A DNA stretch of 63,263 bases, the filler included, from Octopus bimaculoides (lineage: Eukaryota): assembly GCF_001194135.2 (NCBI RefSeq). It is 4 parts of 3 records of this genome, joined end to end, with 100 filler letters (N's around TTAATTAATTAA, not from the genome) between each part and the next. Parts side by side here need not be neighbours in the genome. Positions count along the whole stretch, not along the records: positions 59,990 to 63,263 come from NC_068982.1; 3 more parts are not named here. One strand, 5' to 3'. A program made the translations under genes and the position numbers. The notes under the pieces were generated by a model. That model saw only the letters and a list, made by a program, of their open reading frames with translations. It ran no database searches and was not told the DNA's origin. Shown piece after piece: positions 62,430 to 63,263 of the stretch. The number at the start of each line of letters is the position of its first letter. Position 1 is the stretch's first letter.

Positions 62430-63200
62430 AGAGATGGCTACACCAAAAGCATAGTAACCAGCATATGAATGGGCTGGAAAAAGTTCAATCAGTTACTACA
62501 GCTGTTGACAATAAAGGTTTTTTCTCTCAGAGAGAAAGGCAGATTGTATGATACTTGTATTAGAATTGTAATGCTGCATGGTTGTGAAACATGGAGCTTG
62601 AATGCAGAGGACAAGAAAAGACTTGAGAGAAATGAAACTGGCATGCTCCGTTGGATGTGCAATGTAAGTGCATGGACATCATAGGATAAATGCTCAAAGA
62701 GAAAAGTTGGACATAAGAAGCATCAGATGTGGTGTGCAAGAGAGATGACTGCGCTGGTATGGTCATGTGATGTGTATGGATGAGGACAGCTGTGTGAAGA
62801 AGTGTCACACCCTAACAGTGGAGGGAACCTGTGAAAGAGATAGACCCAGGAAGATATGGGATGAAGTGGTGAAGCACAACTTTTAAATGTTGGGCCTCAC
62901 AGAGGTTAATGACAAGTGACTGAGACCTTTGGAAATAGGCTGTGCTTGAGAGGACACAGCAAGCCAAGTGAAATCATAGTCATGGTCGATGCTGGTGTCA
63001 CATAACTGGCCCATTTAAAAGCACTCTTCAATCGTTGGGCAATATGCCATGCTTGTGAAGACCTGTTGAACTGAGTGAAACCGTAGTTGTGGCCAATGCC
63101 AGTGTCGCCTGACTGGCACCCATGTTGGTGGCAAGTAAAAAGCACCATTCAAGTATGGCTGATGCCAGTGCTGCCTGACTTGCACTTCATGTTGTTTACC
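62430..63200 (+). mobile_element. RTE (BovB-like) LINE 3' end
   Basis: GWKKFNQLL.LL....SLREKGRLYDTCIR.VMLHGCETWSL...RLERNE..MLRWMC...LRWYGHV...RDRPRK.WDEVV, followed by the 3' UTR. Confidence 0.9.
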
Positions 63201-63229
63201 CAGTTGATGACGTCCTGTACCCATATATG

Positions 63230-63263
<34 letters not shown>

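Overview
Eukaryotic, AT-rich, microsatellite-dense genomic window with about 15 N gaps. It has no prokaryotic operons, CRISPR arrays or rRNA, and no intact tRNA gene that I can support. The repeat landscape (two abundant tRNA-derived SINE families, Dong/R4, RTE, CR1, Tx1, Penelope, Tc1/mariner, Helitron, Gypsy) looks like a cephalopod, probably Octopus; this is an inference from recalled repeat sequences, not a database result. Most long ORFs in the supplied track are microsatellite or N artefacts, and the rest are mostly decayed transposon ORFs. The ORF track misses several things. (1) A chain of short + strand GT-AG exon candidates (about 4950-36668) with compatible phases splices into an unrecognised protein; one exon needs a 1-nt frameshift and one exon is missing, possibly in a gap. 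(2) Minimal type-I hammerhead ribozyme motifs occur, one core-intact next to a Penelope-like ORF end (41611-41694) and one inside a tRNA-headed SINE (62116-62379), a possible Penelope-dependent ribozyme SINE. (3) Two small elements are built around TTAGGG repeats. (4) There are several near-perfect foldbacks and a templated-insertion scar. All calls were made by eye, and TE boundaries are approximate unless TIR or TSD positions are given.
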